NCBI GenBank assembly: GCA_004431415.1 | Contig: QPMI01000038.1 | Coordinates: 124,001 to 188,000 of the forward strand | DNA: 64,000 nt | Direction of reading: 5' to 3' | Source of the DNA: Cyanophora paradoxa CCMP329 | Taxonomy: Eukaryota > Plantae > Glaucophyta | Part shown: piece after piece, positions 43,550 to 57,354 of the stretch | Layout of the letters: each line of letters starts with the position of its first letter | Position numbering within the stretch: position 1 is the stretch's first letter | Position numbers and translations under genes: made by a program | The notes under the pieces: generated by a model | What the model saw: the letters and a program-made list of their open reading frames with translations, nothing else | Database searches by the model: none | What the model was told of the DNA's origin: nothing

Positions 43550-44016
43550 GGGACTTTATAAGAATCATTATTAATAGTTAATAATTAGTTATTGGTAGAT
43601 TAATAATTACTTCCTCATAGCGCTAAGATGCTTTGCCGCGCGGTTCTGGTGCTAAACATACTTATATAAGCTGCCTGAGCATTGCGAGTGCCCTCTATAT
43701 CTGTTGGGGGTCGAATAAAAGGGTCAATGTGCCACCAAGGGGGTACTGCATGGTCTGGAACTGCCGTCTGATCAGCTTATGAGCATCATATCAAGCTGCA
43801 GAAGTGCCCAGAAGGTCTTTAGACGTGTATAGAACTGCTTTATATCGCTCTAGCATGCACAGATTCGTCATAGAGTGCAAGAAATGGTGTGTCTACGGGT
43901 ACCCCCCCAAACTAATAAACGTTATTAATAAGAATGGCTGTTCGGGGACCTTACTAATAACGTATTATTAATTGGTTATTAGTTAACAAATAAAAGTCGT
44001 TATTAATAAAGTGCCC
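43550..44016. mobile_element. Possible MITE (467 bp)
   Basis: Ends GGGACTTTATAAGAAT / TTATTAATAAAGTGCCC are imperfect inverted repeats, with AT on both sides and TTATTA-rich subterminal tracts. Confidence 0.45.
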
Positions 44017-44228
44017 ATCGATCACTGCCGGCGGCGGGGCCGGGGCCGGGGCCGCCAGACGTAGTCACGCGTACGGCAATCGCTTAAGGGGTAGCCCGGG
44101 TAGGTATACTAGGTATACGTAGTTTCTTAGTCCGCCATATACGTATACCACGGTATTACCACCCGCGGTACGGTACTTATACGTACTACGGTAGTATCAT
44201 AGTATGTACAGTTAATTTCTTGTATCTT

Positions 44229-45121
44229 TCACTACATTGGCTGCATTTAAACAGCTTGAGATGAGAGTAGCAAGACCCATAGTAAAGGTTCAATCAGATG
44301 CTGGGAGTGAATTCCAAAATCGAATATTCCAGGAGTATCTATCTAGTAAATACATAGAACACCAAGTGAGTGGAACTGCAGACCACAGAAGCCAAGGTCG
44401 AATTGAAGCCTTTAACAAGCAGATTAAGAGATTGATCACAAACTACTGCATAGCTAATAACACAGCTAGATTCTTTGATGTGTTAGGTGATATTGAGTAT
44501 AATTACAATAACACAGTTCACTCAGCTACTAAGATGAAGCCAGGTGAAACTACAGAGGAGCATTATAGGTATATAGTGGGATTAGAAGATGAAAGATTCA
44601 AGAAATCTATAGCTTATCTTGATACCATGCAGCCTGGCATGTTTGTTAGAGTGAAAGTAGAGAAGAACCCATTTGCTAAACAGGGTAACAATTGGTCTAG
44701 GATGGTTTACACTGTTGATAGTAGGGAAGGCTTTAAGTTTAAGCTAAGGAGTCCCACTGGTGAGATCATAGATAACAGGTTTGCTTTCCATGAGCTGTTG
44801 CCTGTGAATGCAGTTGAGTATCTGGAAACCCCTACAGTAGATGCCTTAGAGCAAGCTAAAGAGGAAGCCAGGGTTGATGCTGCTATAAGGAGAGAAGGCA
44901 TAGAAGCTTCTAATGAAGTCCCAGATAAGCCTTTGATAGAGGCTAGAAAGGAGAAGGCTGGGAAAGTTAACAGGGAACTCAAAAAGCTCACTATAGCAGG
45001 AACACAGAAACTTTCAGAAGTGAATAGCCAGAGATGGTATAATGACTTTCAGACTACTAAGGAGTCATATACAGCCCCTAAACCTCAAAGAACACTAAGA
45101 GAAAGAACCAAAACTAGCTAG
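44229..45121 (+). pseudogene. 5'-truncated duplicate of the Polinton-type integrase
   Basis: Matches 12834-13726; lacks the first catalytic Asp. Confidence 0.9.
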
Positions 45122-45343
45122 TTTGCTAGGCGAAAACTCGTTTTTTCCAAATATATGTATGACAGATATACATATATGCATATGATATACACATAATCTT
45201 GTAGAGCATATCAAGCGCTTCACAGCGCTATGCAGAACGTTGCGTTTTGATGATCTGGTGATGAGATATAACAGTTTGAAGATGCAAAAGTCACTTGCCA
45301 TAGTAGACTTGGTGAAACACTAGCCCAGGAATCGACTTGGGAG

Positions 45344-46143
45344 TAGGGCTGTCACGGTAGACCCCCCCCTCTACCCGGTCGGTAGACCTCTCTGACCCGT
45401 ACCGACCGGGTACGCCCGGTAGGTCACGGCTGGCACGCATAGTACGCGAAAACTGACGCAAAATCAAGCTAAAATTCGTCAAGCTCCAAGGCGCTACGCG
45501 CCTAAACTGTTTACACGCTACTTTGCGCATCTACAGCTTGTGCTTGCGGGGTGAGGAGCCCCAGTTGTGAGGAAGTGCGGGGTGGTTGTCAGCCATGACC
45601 TTGTTCTTGAAAATTCGGATGCCATTCTCGAGGCAGGAGCGCAGGAAGATGAACTTAAAGAAACAGAGATGTTAGAATTGAATTGAATGCAGCATGCGCA
45701 AGAGGAACAGAAGGGTGTACCTGGTTCAGCCGGACAGTTGACATTATTGAGAGGCGCTTCGAATTCTTCGAATTCGTCGCGATGTTGTTGATCATGACAT
45801 CGGAGAAAACTCGCTCAACCTGCGAATATATTCAAATCCTCTGCAAGTCGATTATAAGCAGAACCAGCTTAGAAAAATAGAAGTGCACACTTGAGACCTC
45901 GGTAGCGGGTGATTTCGTTCTCCCTTGCCGGGATGCTTGCCCTGGAAGTCCAGAGCACTGGTGTCTAGCGCTACCGCGTACTACGCGTACGGTAGCGTGC
46001 CGGGTGCCCGGGGCGCGCCCGGCTACCCCCCAACGGGCGAATTTGTATGGCTACCGGGCTTGTATGACGGTAGACCGGGCAAGTCTACCGGGCCGGTCGG
46101 TAGGACCAGTCTACCGCTACCGCGCCGTACCGCGACAGCCCTA
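45344..46143. mobile_element. Second copy of the hAT-like MITE
   Basis: TAGGGCTGTCACGGTA ... TACCGCGACAGCCCTA; CTTGGGAG on the left only. Confidence 0.85.
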
Positions 46144-46682
46144 GTAGCTACTAACTAGGCTACAGCGCTCGAGCTCCGCGACTCGGACCGGTACCGCGAG
46201 TCGGGATCGGACTCGGGACTCGGGAGTCGGGACTCGGGAGTCGGGACCCAGCCGGACCGCGACGTCGACCGTGGACACCGCCGACACGCCGTGCACGTGA
46301 CCGTCGGACTCCGGGACCGTCGGACGCGCGCGGATCCGGATAATATATATGCATGTGCATCGTTCAGACTCGGATAGCGCTAGCTACTGGTATGCTATGA
46401 TAGCTACAGTGCACCCTATAGGCTATAGCTAGCCTAGTAGCAGTGCCGCAGTGCCTATCGCTAGCGGGCCCTAGGCGGCTAGGCCTGGTAGCAGGCAACT
46501 CATCAGCCGCAACTGCTGCCGCCTAGATTTCTTAGATTTCTTGTAACTGCCGCAGTAGTAACTGCCAGGCTGCCTTCGCCTAGATAACGCGACGTCGACG
46601 CCTCGAGCTCGGCGAGCTGACCGTACGCGTGGGACTCCGGGACCGTCGGACAGGCCGTTGACGTCGACAGCGTGGCACAGCG

Positions 46683-49600
46683 ATGGCGCGGTCGCAGAGC
46701 TCGCACGGCGCGCCGGTCGCGCTGGCGGTCGCCGCTCTTCTGGGCCTCCTCGCGGTTGCCCTCGCCTCGGCGAGCGACGGATGCCGAGCGAGCCTCCAGA
46801 ACCCGCACACGGTGCGTGTTTACGCCCACACAATCACGCATGTATCCGTACCATCCCGCTTCCGTGCACACATGCATCATGGCATGTATACGTACAAACA
46901 GATCTCAAATTTTAGACCACAGCCCGTCACAGCCTCGACACGCATACATATGCACCCGTTAGGAGATGTGCCGCATGTTTACTGTTACTCACGAGTCTCG
47001 GCGTCCGTATTCGCGCAGATCTGCTTCGCGAACGGCCGATCGGTCGACACGCATGCCCAGCCGGCCCTCGCGCACCACGCGAAGCTCCGGGCCCGCCAGT
47101 CGTCGCCAGGGCCCCACGACCGTCACCGCGGCCAGTCGCAGCACAACGTCTACGACCAGCCGCGTGTCTACCTGGTGCGCACGGCTCAAAGCCAGCCGTC
47201 ACCCGGCAAGCACTGATGTGGGGTTATCGATGCTCCGGTCAGGTCCATGTCGGTGCCCCGCTGACGGTCCAGGCGAGGGCTGCGATCGAGTCGCACGCGG
47301 GCGTCGCTCTTGGTGGCTACATCCCGCACCACTCCTACTTCGTCACCGCCACGCCCAGCCAGGCCGAGCGCTTGCGGTGCGCAGTCAATTGAAATGAATT
47401 CGAAAACGTCTTTCTCGACTAGCGCTGCTCATGCGTATACCGTACTTATTTCGATTTCGAATCAAATTCGAATCTTGATAAGTATAACGTCGAATGATAA
47501 TTCCAGCTTTGATTTTTTACATGCGCGTGTGCACGCAGAACGGCCCCCGGCGTGCAGTGGATCGACGCGCACCACCCCGAGCACAAGGCGCGGCCTCGTC
47601 CAGCTGCAGGCCTCAGGGCCTAGGATCGCCCCACGCTGAACCCCGCCCGGCCCCAGATTGCGCGCACGGTCGCCTCGTTCGCCGCCCAGACAAACGAGCT
47701 CCACGCGCACATTCATGCCGAAGGCGACCTCACTGCGTACGCCGGTGCGCGCGCGTCCGAAGTTCCGTTTACCGTATCTAGAGATCATCCATAGACGCAT
47801 GCGTTCGGAAGTCTGCCTTCACAGTTTTGCTGAATCCGCGCGCGCGCGCGCGCGCGTGCAGCCGCTTTGGAGAAGGCGCTCCGGGGCGAGTTTTCTGGAT
47901 CCGTGATTTCCGTCCGCCCCTCGCGCGAGGCGGTTCGCGTCAACTGCGGGAGTGCCGACCCCAGTCGCGTCTCCGAGCGTCTGGCGCACGAGGTGGTCAT
48001 GGATTTCTTTTCCATGGATCGTTCGAATCTATCCACAGTTGAGCTCGAATCGCCGAGCAGCCGCTCGTGTCCTGGGTGGACGGAGTGTCCCGCTCTACGC
48101 TTCGCAACAGACACGCCGCGACTCTGCTGACATCCGGTACGGTGCCGCCTCGACTGCCAGCTGCAGAGGCAGCCGTCTGGGGCTCACCTGTGGCGCGCTC
48201 TTTCCTCCGCGTGCGCAGGAGTGGGAGACGGCCTCCCCTCGAGCAACCCCCTTTGGGCCCGCGGGATCCACGGAGAGAACCAGATCGTTGCGGTGAGCTC
48301 GAGCTCGAGCACGCATCGCTAGATATCGCAGAAGATTTTCAAGCGTGCACCAACTTAAACAAATCTTAAAGAACTGTACATATCTTGAGCGCTGATACTG
48401 ATCGTGATCGTGAGTGATTGCAAACTAAAACTAAAAAACTAAGTTATTGCATGGATCTAAAAAGAAAGAAATTGCACGATAGTTAACTATCGTGATAGAA
48501 AGAAACTAAAACTAAGCTATTGCATGGATCCGGAAGGCATTCTGAGCGCGCGCGATCGCTATCCGCTAACGTTGTTTCGATCAGGTCGCAGACTCTGCCC
48601 TCGACTTCGATCACTGCTCGTTCCTCGAGAGCGGCAGCGACACGGCCAGGTGCGTGCGCCCCCGCGGTGCGGCGGCTCACTTCCACTGAATTTCAAACCA
48701 TCGCTTGCGCGTGCGCAGTGCCTTCGCCTCTGCGTTGGCAGATATAACTCTGAAGGATACGAAAGATGCCATTCCGTCGACCAACCGCAAAAAGGTGCTC
48801 CTATGTATACGGCCCCAAAATATGATCGGATGTGACGTGCAACCGACACATTAATATTGCAAATTGTCAGCTGCTCCGGTACTGGATTTCACCGGCCGCC
48901 GACGCGGTATTCGACGAGATCAAATCAGATTCGCGGCACGGAACTCACGTCGCAGGAACGGTTCTGGTGAATTGTCAGATTTCCTTCCAATCATAAATGC
49001 GGCCCGCGGAGTGCTTTGAGCTGATGACTAGTATGCATGTGTCTAGGGCAAAGTCCCGACCGACTGGGCGAACGCGACGGAGGCCGCGGAGGTGCACGGC
49101 GGGCCCGTCCAGGGCGCCATGGCCAGCGGCAGAGGCCGAGTGTGCTGAGCGCGAGCCGCGCCCTCAGATGTCGAAGTACAACGGGATCGCGTACGAGGCG
49201 AAGCTTTTCTTCCAGGTCCGCTCCGCTTGAATTCGCGACCGATCATGGATCGCCAGCGCTTCGAAACAAATATCGATCTTGGATCGCTGTTGCCGTTCAG
49301 GGCTGCCTTGCATACGCCTGATATCGATTATGGCTGATGACACCGCCTGTTGCAGCACCTTGGCACTTTCGCTAAAGAAATGTCAACCCCCGATAGCTTG
49401 TTCGACCTGTTCCAGCCCGCATACGAGGTGAAACCGAACTCTGCAGCTGGGCTCGCAGCTGCAGGAATCCCCGGCCCGTGCTAACATTCCGCAACGTTGA
49501 CCGGCCGCGGCAGCTCGGGGCCCGCGTGCACACGAACTCGGTGAGCGCCTTGAGCTCTGGGGCCCGCTCCGGGATCCCGGGCCATGGGCCCCGGATCCGG

Positions 49601-52600
49601 AATGTTTCAACTGACATTTCGCCCCCCATCAGTGGGGCTGCTCCATCTCCGGGTACGATCTCAAGAAAACCGGGTACGCGTTGCGCCTCGCCTTTGCATT
49701 TGCTCAACGCGTGCACGTGGTCCTTGTCTAAGTGAAAGGGGTACGGCGCGAGCAGCTGCAACAAATACAGCGCAGACGCAAGGAATGTCGACGCGTTCGC
49801 CTTCAGCCAGCAGGTGCGCCGGCACGCGCCCTGCTCGAGCTCCCTGCGTGTGGCCCTGGGCCTGCCCGTTGGCGCCGCCGTGGCCGGCCGGCCCCCGACA
49901 GGCGTGCGCTCAACGTTTTTGCCTTCAGGACATGCTGGTGCTCATCGCGGCCGGGAACGACGTGCGACCCCGCTCAGGACACACACCCCTAGGCCTCTTC
50001 GCTCACTTGCGCTTGCACTGCAGGGAGACGGGGGCGCCGCCAACGGCACTCTCAATGACGTGCGCGAGCGCGAGCTTGAGATTACAATGAGTTCACTCTC
50101 GCCGCGCCGTGCGGGAATATCATAGTATGAATTCGAATGAACACGAGCACGCGTGATTTCTTTTGTGGGGTGCTGGCAGCCGTCAACGTGCAAGAACTGC
50201 ATCGCGGTCGGCGCTTCTCACAACTCCGTGGAGGCTTGGAAGACCCTCGGCAAGTTCGACGAGAAATACCGTACGGCCTCTGATCCTTGCCCGCCAATTT
50301 AATTTGTTGATTCTCAGCCTTTTAAGCTTACTACGTTTGAGCAGACGAGACATGCGTACCTTCGGACGTGTACTGTTCGGCCGCCACTTCGGGGGGATGG
50401 GAAGAGGGTGTGCAGTGCATTTGCGGTGCCCCCTTGGAAACTCACGCGCTGGCGGGCAGCCCGCTGTTGCGGCGATCGCATTGACACAAGCGCTTACAAC
50501 CAGAGCAACATGGCCTGTGCGCGAACTCACTGTCGCGGAAATGTCCTGCAGCACAATCTGCAGCTTGGCATTTGCTCAGGATAAAGATCTAGGATTAAAT
50601 TGTTCTTGTTTGTGGGTGTACATGTGGCACTGATAGTTTTTCCGTGCAGCATTCTCATCTCGCGGTCCTGCTCACGATGGGCGCATCAAGGTTCGCATTT
50701 TCATTGAACATGATCGAGCCTTCCATTCCGATCCCCGGGCCTTGTCTTCATCGTATATGCGCGCAGCCGGATCTGGTGGTCCGCATCTATTTCCTCGGCT
50801 CGATCAGGCGCGCGCGTGTGAGCGCGGTGCGCGTGCGCGTGCGCAGGCGCCGGGCTACAAGATCGTTTCGGCGAACGCGGACAGAAACTGGACGTGCGTC
50901 TAGATATCGATCTCGAGCTCGCGGGCCCCTTCCAATCGCACGTCGAGTCGCACTTCTGTCGACTTCATTCTAATCGTTGTTTCGTTTACGTTGCAGGTCG
51001 AACCAGTGCTCAGCATGTGCGCGGCGGACTTGTGTTCACGTTGCGCGCAATGCCATGATGCATCCGGATTCATTCTTGCAACGTGCTTCAGATGGCCCGG
51101 GCACGCCAGGCGTCAAGCCGGCTCTACTAGCGCTTCATGGCACGTCGATGGCAACCCCGGCGGTGAGCATTTTCGGATAGACATGGCGCGCGTACTATAG
51201 TTTGGGGTCGCTGGGCGCGATCATAATCAAACCGCCTTGGAATTTATTGCAGATGGCGGGGCTTGCCACTCTTGTTCGCCAGTATTTCGTTGAGGGGTGC
51301 GCGATGCGCATGCGTTTAAAGCATCATATTTATGCGTGATCATGATCTCGCACCGCATCGATATCAGATATTACCCAACGGGCTCCAAGGTTCGAGTTTT
51401 AGAACCATCTTCGAGCATATGTTCGGCCCAGCTTCGATGTACATACAACGTTAACCAAAGCCTGCTTGTACATGTTATGACCTCTGCAGACGGCCTCGAA
51501 CGGATTCTCGCCTTCGAGCACGCTGATCCGCGCGGTCCTGACGAACGGGGCGCGCATGCTCGGCGGCGTTGTCACCGACGGCGAGCCGAACTTCGTGAAA
51601 ATCGCGCTGCAGACCGAGAAGCCCGACATGTGCGCACGGCGCGCATCGAGCTCTGCGAGGGGGCGCGATGAAGTGCAGCGCACCAGGTACCAGGGATGGG
51701 GGCAGCCCACCGTGACGCACTCGCTGCGCTTCGCTGACTCCAACTTCTCGTGCGTTCGAACTCGCGAGTTGTTATAACAAGCTGTCGTGCGTCAATGGCA
51801 CGGTCACACTTTCCCCCCAGGATGTGGTTCCACGAAAAGAACGTGACGGCCGCGAACCTCGGGGCCGCCTTCGAGTTCTGCGTCGACCTGACGGGGCAGG
51901 ACGGCGGCGCCGCCCCCTTCCGCACCACCCTCGTGCGCCCGAGCTCGTCGCCGTCAGCGCGCGAGTGCTGATCGTGATCAATCCCCGACTCGGCGACGCT
52001 GTTGTGTACGGCTGTGCGGTGCAGGTCTACCTGGACCCCGCCGCAGAGGTCGGCGCCTCTCTGACCCTCATCAACGACATGGACCTCACCATCGTGGTTC
52101 GCCCTCCAATCATCCAGCTCCCTTGAGCTTTCGCGAACTTGCACGTAAAATATAAAATCCCTCTTCCCTCCATCGCGATCAGGAACTGGGCACCGGCAAG
52201 AAGTACTACCCCAACGGCTTGACGGTGCATTCGGATCGTGGTCGTTTTTATTTCAGCTGCATGCATATGCAGTCTCTCACAGCTTTCGCGACCGGCGTTC
52301 GTCGCGCGCAGGGGCCTGACAACCTCAACGTCGTGGAGCAAATCGCGCTCCCCGCGTCGGCGCGGGGCAAGCACACGGTCTCCGTCAACGTTACGACCTT
52401 CGCGTCCGCCGCGGACCTCGGCCCCGCCCTCTTCACGCTCTTCGCCACGGGCAACTTCCCGACGCCCACGGCCGGCCGCTGCGTCCGCGCCACCCCGTCC
52501 CCCTCGCCGCCCCCCTCGCCGTCCCCCAGCGGGACCCCCTCGCCGAGCCCCAGCCCGAGCCCCTCGCCTTCGCCTCCCGGCGGCGCCGGTACCGGTGCCG

Positions 52601-53553
52601 GCGGCGCCGCTAGCGCTCCCACCCCGGCGGCTCCGACCCCGGTGGCTCCGACCCCAAGTGAGCCCGCACACGGCCGCCCGCTGGGCGCGAGCGCCGCGCG
52701 CCACGGCTGATCCCCGCGGCGCGCGGCAGCGTCGAAGCCGAAGGCGACGCCGGCGCCGAACGTGGCGCCGGGCGTCAACGCCGTCGAGTTCGTCGTCACC
52801 CTCTTCGAGCTCCCCGGCGGCAAGAACGCCACTGCCGAGAACTTCGACGAGGAAACCGAGGCGAGTCTCCGGATCCAGACAGGGCGGCGCCAGCTGCAGG
52901 CGCCACTCGCGCTTGCGGCGGCTGCAGTGCCTCAACCGGGCTGCGCAGGAGAATTACATTAAGGGCGTGGCGGACGTGCTGAGCAACCCGCCGCCGCCGG
53001 TCGACAAGGACCGCATCTTCGTGACGGACGTGAAGGAGAAGAACTTGCGGCGGCGCGGCCTGCGGGCGACCTCCCTCGAGATCACCACCCTTGTCATCGA
53101 AGCGCTCGGCGAGAGCACCACCGGTCCCCGCCCCGCCTCCCCCTCCCATCTCCCCTTCGAATTCTCGGGCCGGGGCCTGATCGCGGGGGCCGGGCGGCGG
53201 GGGCGGGTGCAGCCTCCAAGTCGCTGGCGGCGATTGAGGCGCAGCTGCGGACGCTGGCGGCCTCGGGGGGCATTGACATCCCCGGCTTCAACGTCACCGC
53301 CTCCACCATCTCCCGCGCCCTCGCCCGTGCGCCCCCGGCCGTCGCCACCCCCGGCCCCTCCCTCCCCGTCCCCCGCGCCCCGGGGCCCGAGGCCGCAACG
53401 CGCTCTCTAACATCCCCGCCAGCGTCCACGGTGGGGTCGAGCGTGCCGTACTGGCCCGCGATGGGAGGGGCGGCGGCGCAGCAGGCGAGCCCGCTCCTCG
53501 CCGGCATCGCCGCGTTCCTCGCCGCAGCCGCAGCCTTCGCGCTCGGAATGTGA
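46683..53553 (+). CDS. Multi-exon subtilisin-family (S8, KP-43/Tag-like) serine protease with signal peptide, Pro/Ser linker and hydrophobic (GPI/TM-like) C-terminus
   Basis: Exon motifs in order: signal peptide; LGGYIPHHSYFV; VADSALD (~48585); HGTHVAGT (~48937); GIAYEAKL; AAGND (~49950); GTSMATP (~51139); QGWG; LINDMDL; DNLNVVEQI. Exon boundaries not resolved. Confidence 0.85.
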
Positions 53554-54945
53554 GGCCGCTGCACTCCGCTTTAAACGGAGCGATCGCAAGCCCGGCCCGC
53601 CCCGATCGCGATCGTCCCCCCTCCCCCCTCCCCCCCCCCCCCCCCCCCCTTCGAATACGTAACTCTTTCGATTTCGATTTCGATTCCGCCATATGCATGG
53701 ATTCAGGCCTAGGATATCTAGATCTAGATCTAGAGATAGAATGTTGACAGCTGCAGGCAGTAAATGAGGGTGATGTACTCGTTGCATGATTAAATTCGGC
53801 CTTAGCTTGCGCATTGATTGTCTTTTATTTCCTGTTTCGAACTTCAATAAACCAGCCAATCGCAATCTATATATGTGCGCGGCGGCTGTGCACGTGCTCT
53901 CAAAGCCCAGAGTCAAAGGGCGCGGCCAAATTTCGGCCGTAAGAATTGTTTGTTTTTTATGCATAATCGGCCACATGCACATGTACCACCAGCTTCCACC
54001 AACGTTAACATGTATGGTGATGTACCACGTACCACATGCACATTTTCGAGCTCCGGGCACCGGTTCCACCAGCTCGCCGCATGCACGTGACCGTCGGACG
54101 TCGAGCTCGCATTCGGTGTAAAGAACTAGGAAAAGCTTAAGGTGACGAAGAGCCGATTGCAAAAAGACACAAAAAGGAAGTAGAGATCGAGCTATCAAGA
54201 TCGATATCTAGATCTAGATCTAGACAGAGCGAGAACTTAAAGATCATCGCGATCGGACGACGTCGACGCGATATCGATAATTAATTCGACTCGGCGAGCT
54301 CGAGACGGAAATTTCTAGATCTAGATCTAGATCTGGCTGTGCGAGATCCAGTCTCGGACACGCGATCAAATTCAAACGGCCGAGCTTGACTCGGCAAGAT
54401 CTAGACGGGGCAAGGCCTAGGAGAGAGACGTCGACACGAATTGGAAAAAAAGCGTAAGGTAAAAGTAACATCCATCGACGCTCATGATCATGATCAAGTA
54501 TACCACTGCTGGCTATAGCACTGCAGCCGATTGCGATGAGCAGACTGACTCAGAAACCGGCGGAGCCTCGGAGAAAGAGAAATCACAGGAATCACAAGCA
54601 GGGGGGCAAGCCCCCCCGCACGCCCCATTTCTGGTCGCGATCGGTGACGCCGTGACGCGGTGACGCTGTGACGCCGACGATTCGTACGAACAGGCGCTTG
54701 CGAACGTGCGAACAGCTAGAGAGAGCCTAGCTTTCTTGGTTTCGCAGCTCTGGACGCCGTGACGTGACGCCGTGACGCCGACGAGTGCACGCCGACGATT
54801 CGCGCGAAAAAGCTTCGACCTTCTCGAGTGCAGGTCCACACAGCCTCCGGTTCAACCTTTAAAGCACATACCACAGCCTCCAGGTTCAAACCGCAGCCTC
54901 GTTGCAGCAGCCCTTCCTCTCGCCTTCGCGCCTTCGCGCCTCGCG

Positions 54946-56580
54946 ATGGCCGGCCGCACCGTCACCCTTCTCGGTGCCATCGCAGCCATCCTCGCAATCG
55001 TCTCGTGCGCGGTCGCCAGCCCCGGCCGCCCGCCTGCCAGCTCAACTCCCCCGCCTGCTCGCAACGGTGCGCGTCTCTCCCGACTCGTCAGGGAATGCGA
55101 GATGAGGAATGCGCGTGGTCGGATCCCGGAATGCGATCGAAATCTGACGCGTGCGCATGCGCAGCCAACTTTGGCTTCGCCGTCCTCATACCAGACCAAA
55201 ACATCCCCAGATTCTATGCGCGGTGGGACAAGGCGGCGCTCAACCAGAGCGTTGCGATCGCTCTCCCCTTCCAAGCCTTCGTGTCCGTGGATGACGCTGA
55301 GGGCGTCGACTTCACGGGCTACTCGGCGACCCTGGAGTGCCGCAACCTCGGGTCCGGCCCCGGCTTCGAATTCATCGGCGTCGGCTGCTCCGATCAAATT
55401 ACCTGCCCTGAAATCACTGCAAATCCCCCGGTTTTCAACTGGCGCCCTAAGACCTGGGTTTATCGATTTGGCGTGCGCTCTGAGTTTGGGGCCACTCTAA
55501 TCGTGCCGAATGCTGGTCCGTCTGGCAAATCAACCGCCCTGGCGCTGACTCTGTTAACGTTCCGCTGACACCGGCGCTTTAATTTGCAGATGGTGTTCTC
55601 CTTCCGCGCTCCGCGAACATCATCCCCTCGTGGAATGTGGGCGACCGTTACGCCTGCACCGCGCGCATCGTCCGCCCCGACGGCACTGTCTCTGCCCCCT
55701 CCGCCCCGCCGCTTATCGTGCGCGCCACCAAGGGATACGGTGCGTTGCTCTGAGATTCTCTTGGCGATACGTTCCGTGCCTTTTAGCTCATCGCACTAAA
55801 TTTCGCAGCCGACATCTATGAGAACCCCAACTGCGACAGATCTGGCAGTTACGTGTACGAAGAATGCATCGCCGCCGTCGCTGAGGAGCAACCGAATTCC
55901 TACATCATTCAAAAACTACCCCCCCCCCGGTGCGCGCGAGCCTCGCATTAAAATTCCGCAGTTTGCAAATATTAATCGACGCCATGCGCAGAAAACCATC
56001 GTTTCTCGAGCCTTTTCGCTCAAGACCCCATCAATGCGGGCTGGGGCGAGCTAAACGGCGTCGATCTCAAGACGAGCGCCCTCATCCGCGTCGCTCTCCG
56101 CGCCAACTTCTCCGAGGAAGACGTCGCCAACGTCGATCTCAGCAGCTACTCGGCGATTCTGCAGTGTCGCAAGGTCGGCTCGGGACCTGGCTTTAACGCC
56201 ACCGCCCGTGTTATCGACCAACGCGCCGCGGCGGCCCGTTCAACGTCCGCGCCGAGTTCGTTGCTCATCTTCTCGTTCCCATGGCTGGCCATGGTACGTA
56301 TATACGTATTGGCGTTTAAGACGCAAGCATGATGATGAATTTAACTGAATCCGTGCTGAAGCCTCGCAGATGGCATCGATATTTCTGCTCTGGGCCTCCC
56401 GAACGTCCAGGAGCTCCCCTCGTGGAACGCGGGCGATCGCTACGACTGCACCGCGCGCTTCGTTCGTCCCGAGGACCACTCGCCTCTCTGGATGTACTTT
56501 AGGCCCGGGAGCGTCTCTGCTCCCTCTCCGAAGCTCGTCCTGCGCGTCACCAAAGGACACAGTGCGTCTATACCTCTTAT
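54946..56580 (+). CDS. Secreted protein with two copies of an unknown Cys-containing domain (or two tandem paralogs), spliced
   Basis: Signal peptide MAGRTVTLLGAIAAIL; YSATLECRNLGSGPGF vs YSAILQCRKVGSGPGF; PSWNVGDRYACTARIVRP vs PSWNAGDRYDCTARFVRP. Confidence 0.6.
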
Positions 56581-57354
56581 AATTAATCCAGATTCGATAC
56601 AAGAGTCGCTCATCGATCCCGGCAGACGACATCTATGGCCATGAGCACCAGGAATGCCACTTCCCGAGCACATGCACTGTCGCCGACGCGTACGACGGAG
56701 AGCTCGAGTGATTATATATAATTACCTGAGCCTGTCGACGTCTCTCTACCACGGCGCAGCTCGGCGCAGCTGACAGTTTGCACCGCTGAGGCTGCTAGCG
56801 CTTTTACATACTAGCTTCTCCGCTTCAAAAAGGCTTGTACATACTAGCACATACATACTATATAGCTAGCTTCTCCTTCTAGTCTCGTATGAGAAGGAGA
56901 CTCTGATCATGAGATCTAGAAGTGTTAACGCTGCGAGTCTCGCCACTTGGTTAGCTCGTACCTCTTGTGCTCTCGACTCTTGCCAATCAATTATCGCTTC
57001 TCCGGATCTTCGCGATCGGGGCACCATTATACATTCGGTGACAGCGCTTCCGCATGCGCAATATAGGCTTGCGCTTTTTGTCCTTTAAGGGTCTAAATGG
57101 CGCACGTGCACGGAATACCTTGGCAGTATTAATTCAGGCTGATCAAAACACTGAAAACCCTGCATATCTAATTCTGAAATATATAGCAAGCGCAGCTAGC
57201 ATAATATAACTATAGCTACCAATAATAGCACCCAGCTTCCTACGGTACAACGGGGCCCTCAGTTCGTGAGGGGCCCCTCCAGCGGGGGCCCGGGTACGAT
57301 CCCTGCATGTGCGCAGGCGCTGTCAGCTGGAGCCTCGTAGGAGGACACCAAAGC

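Noticed and set aside
53715-54335. (TCTAGA)n runs (also CGGGACT/CGGGAGT repeats near 46200)
   Set aside because: Simple intergenic repeats with no further structure.
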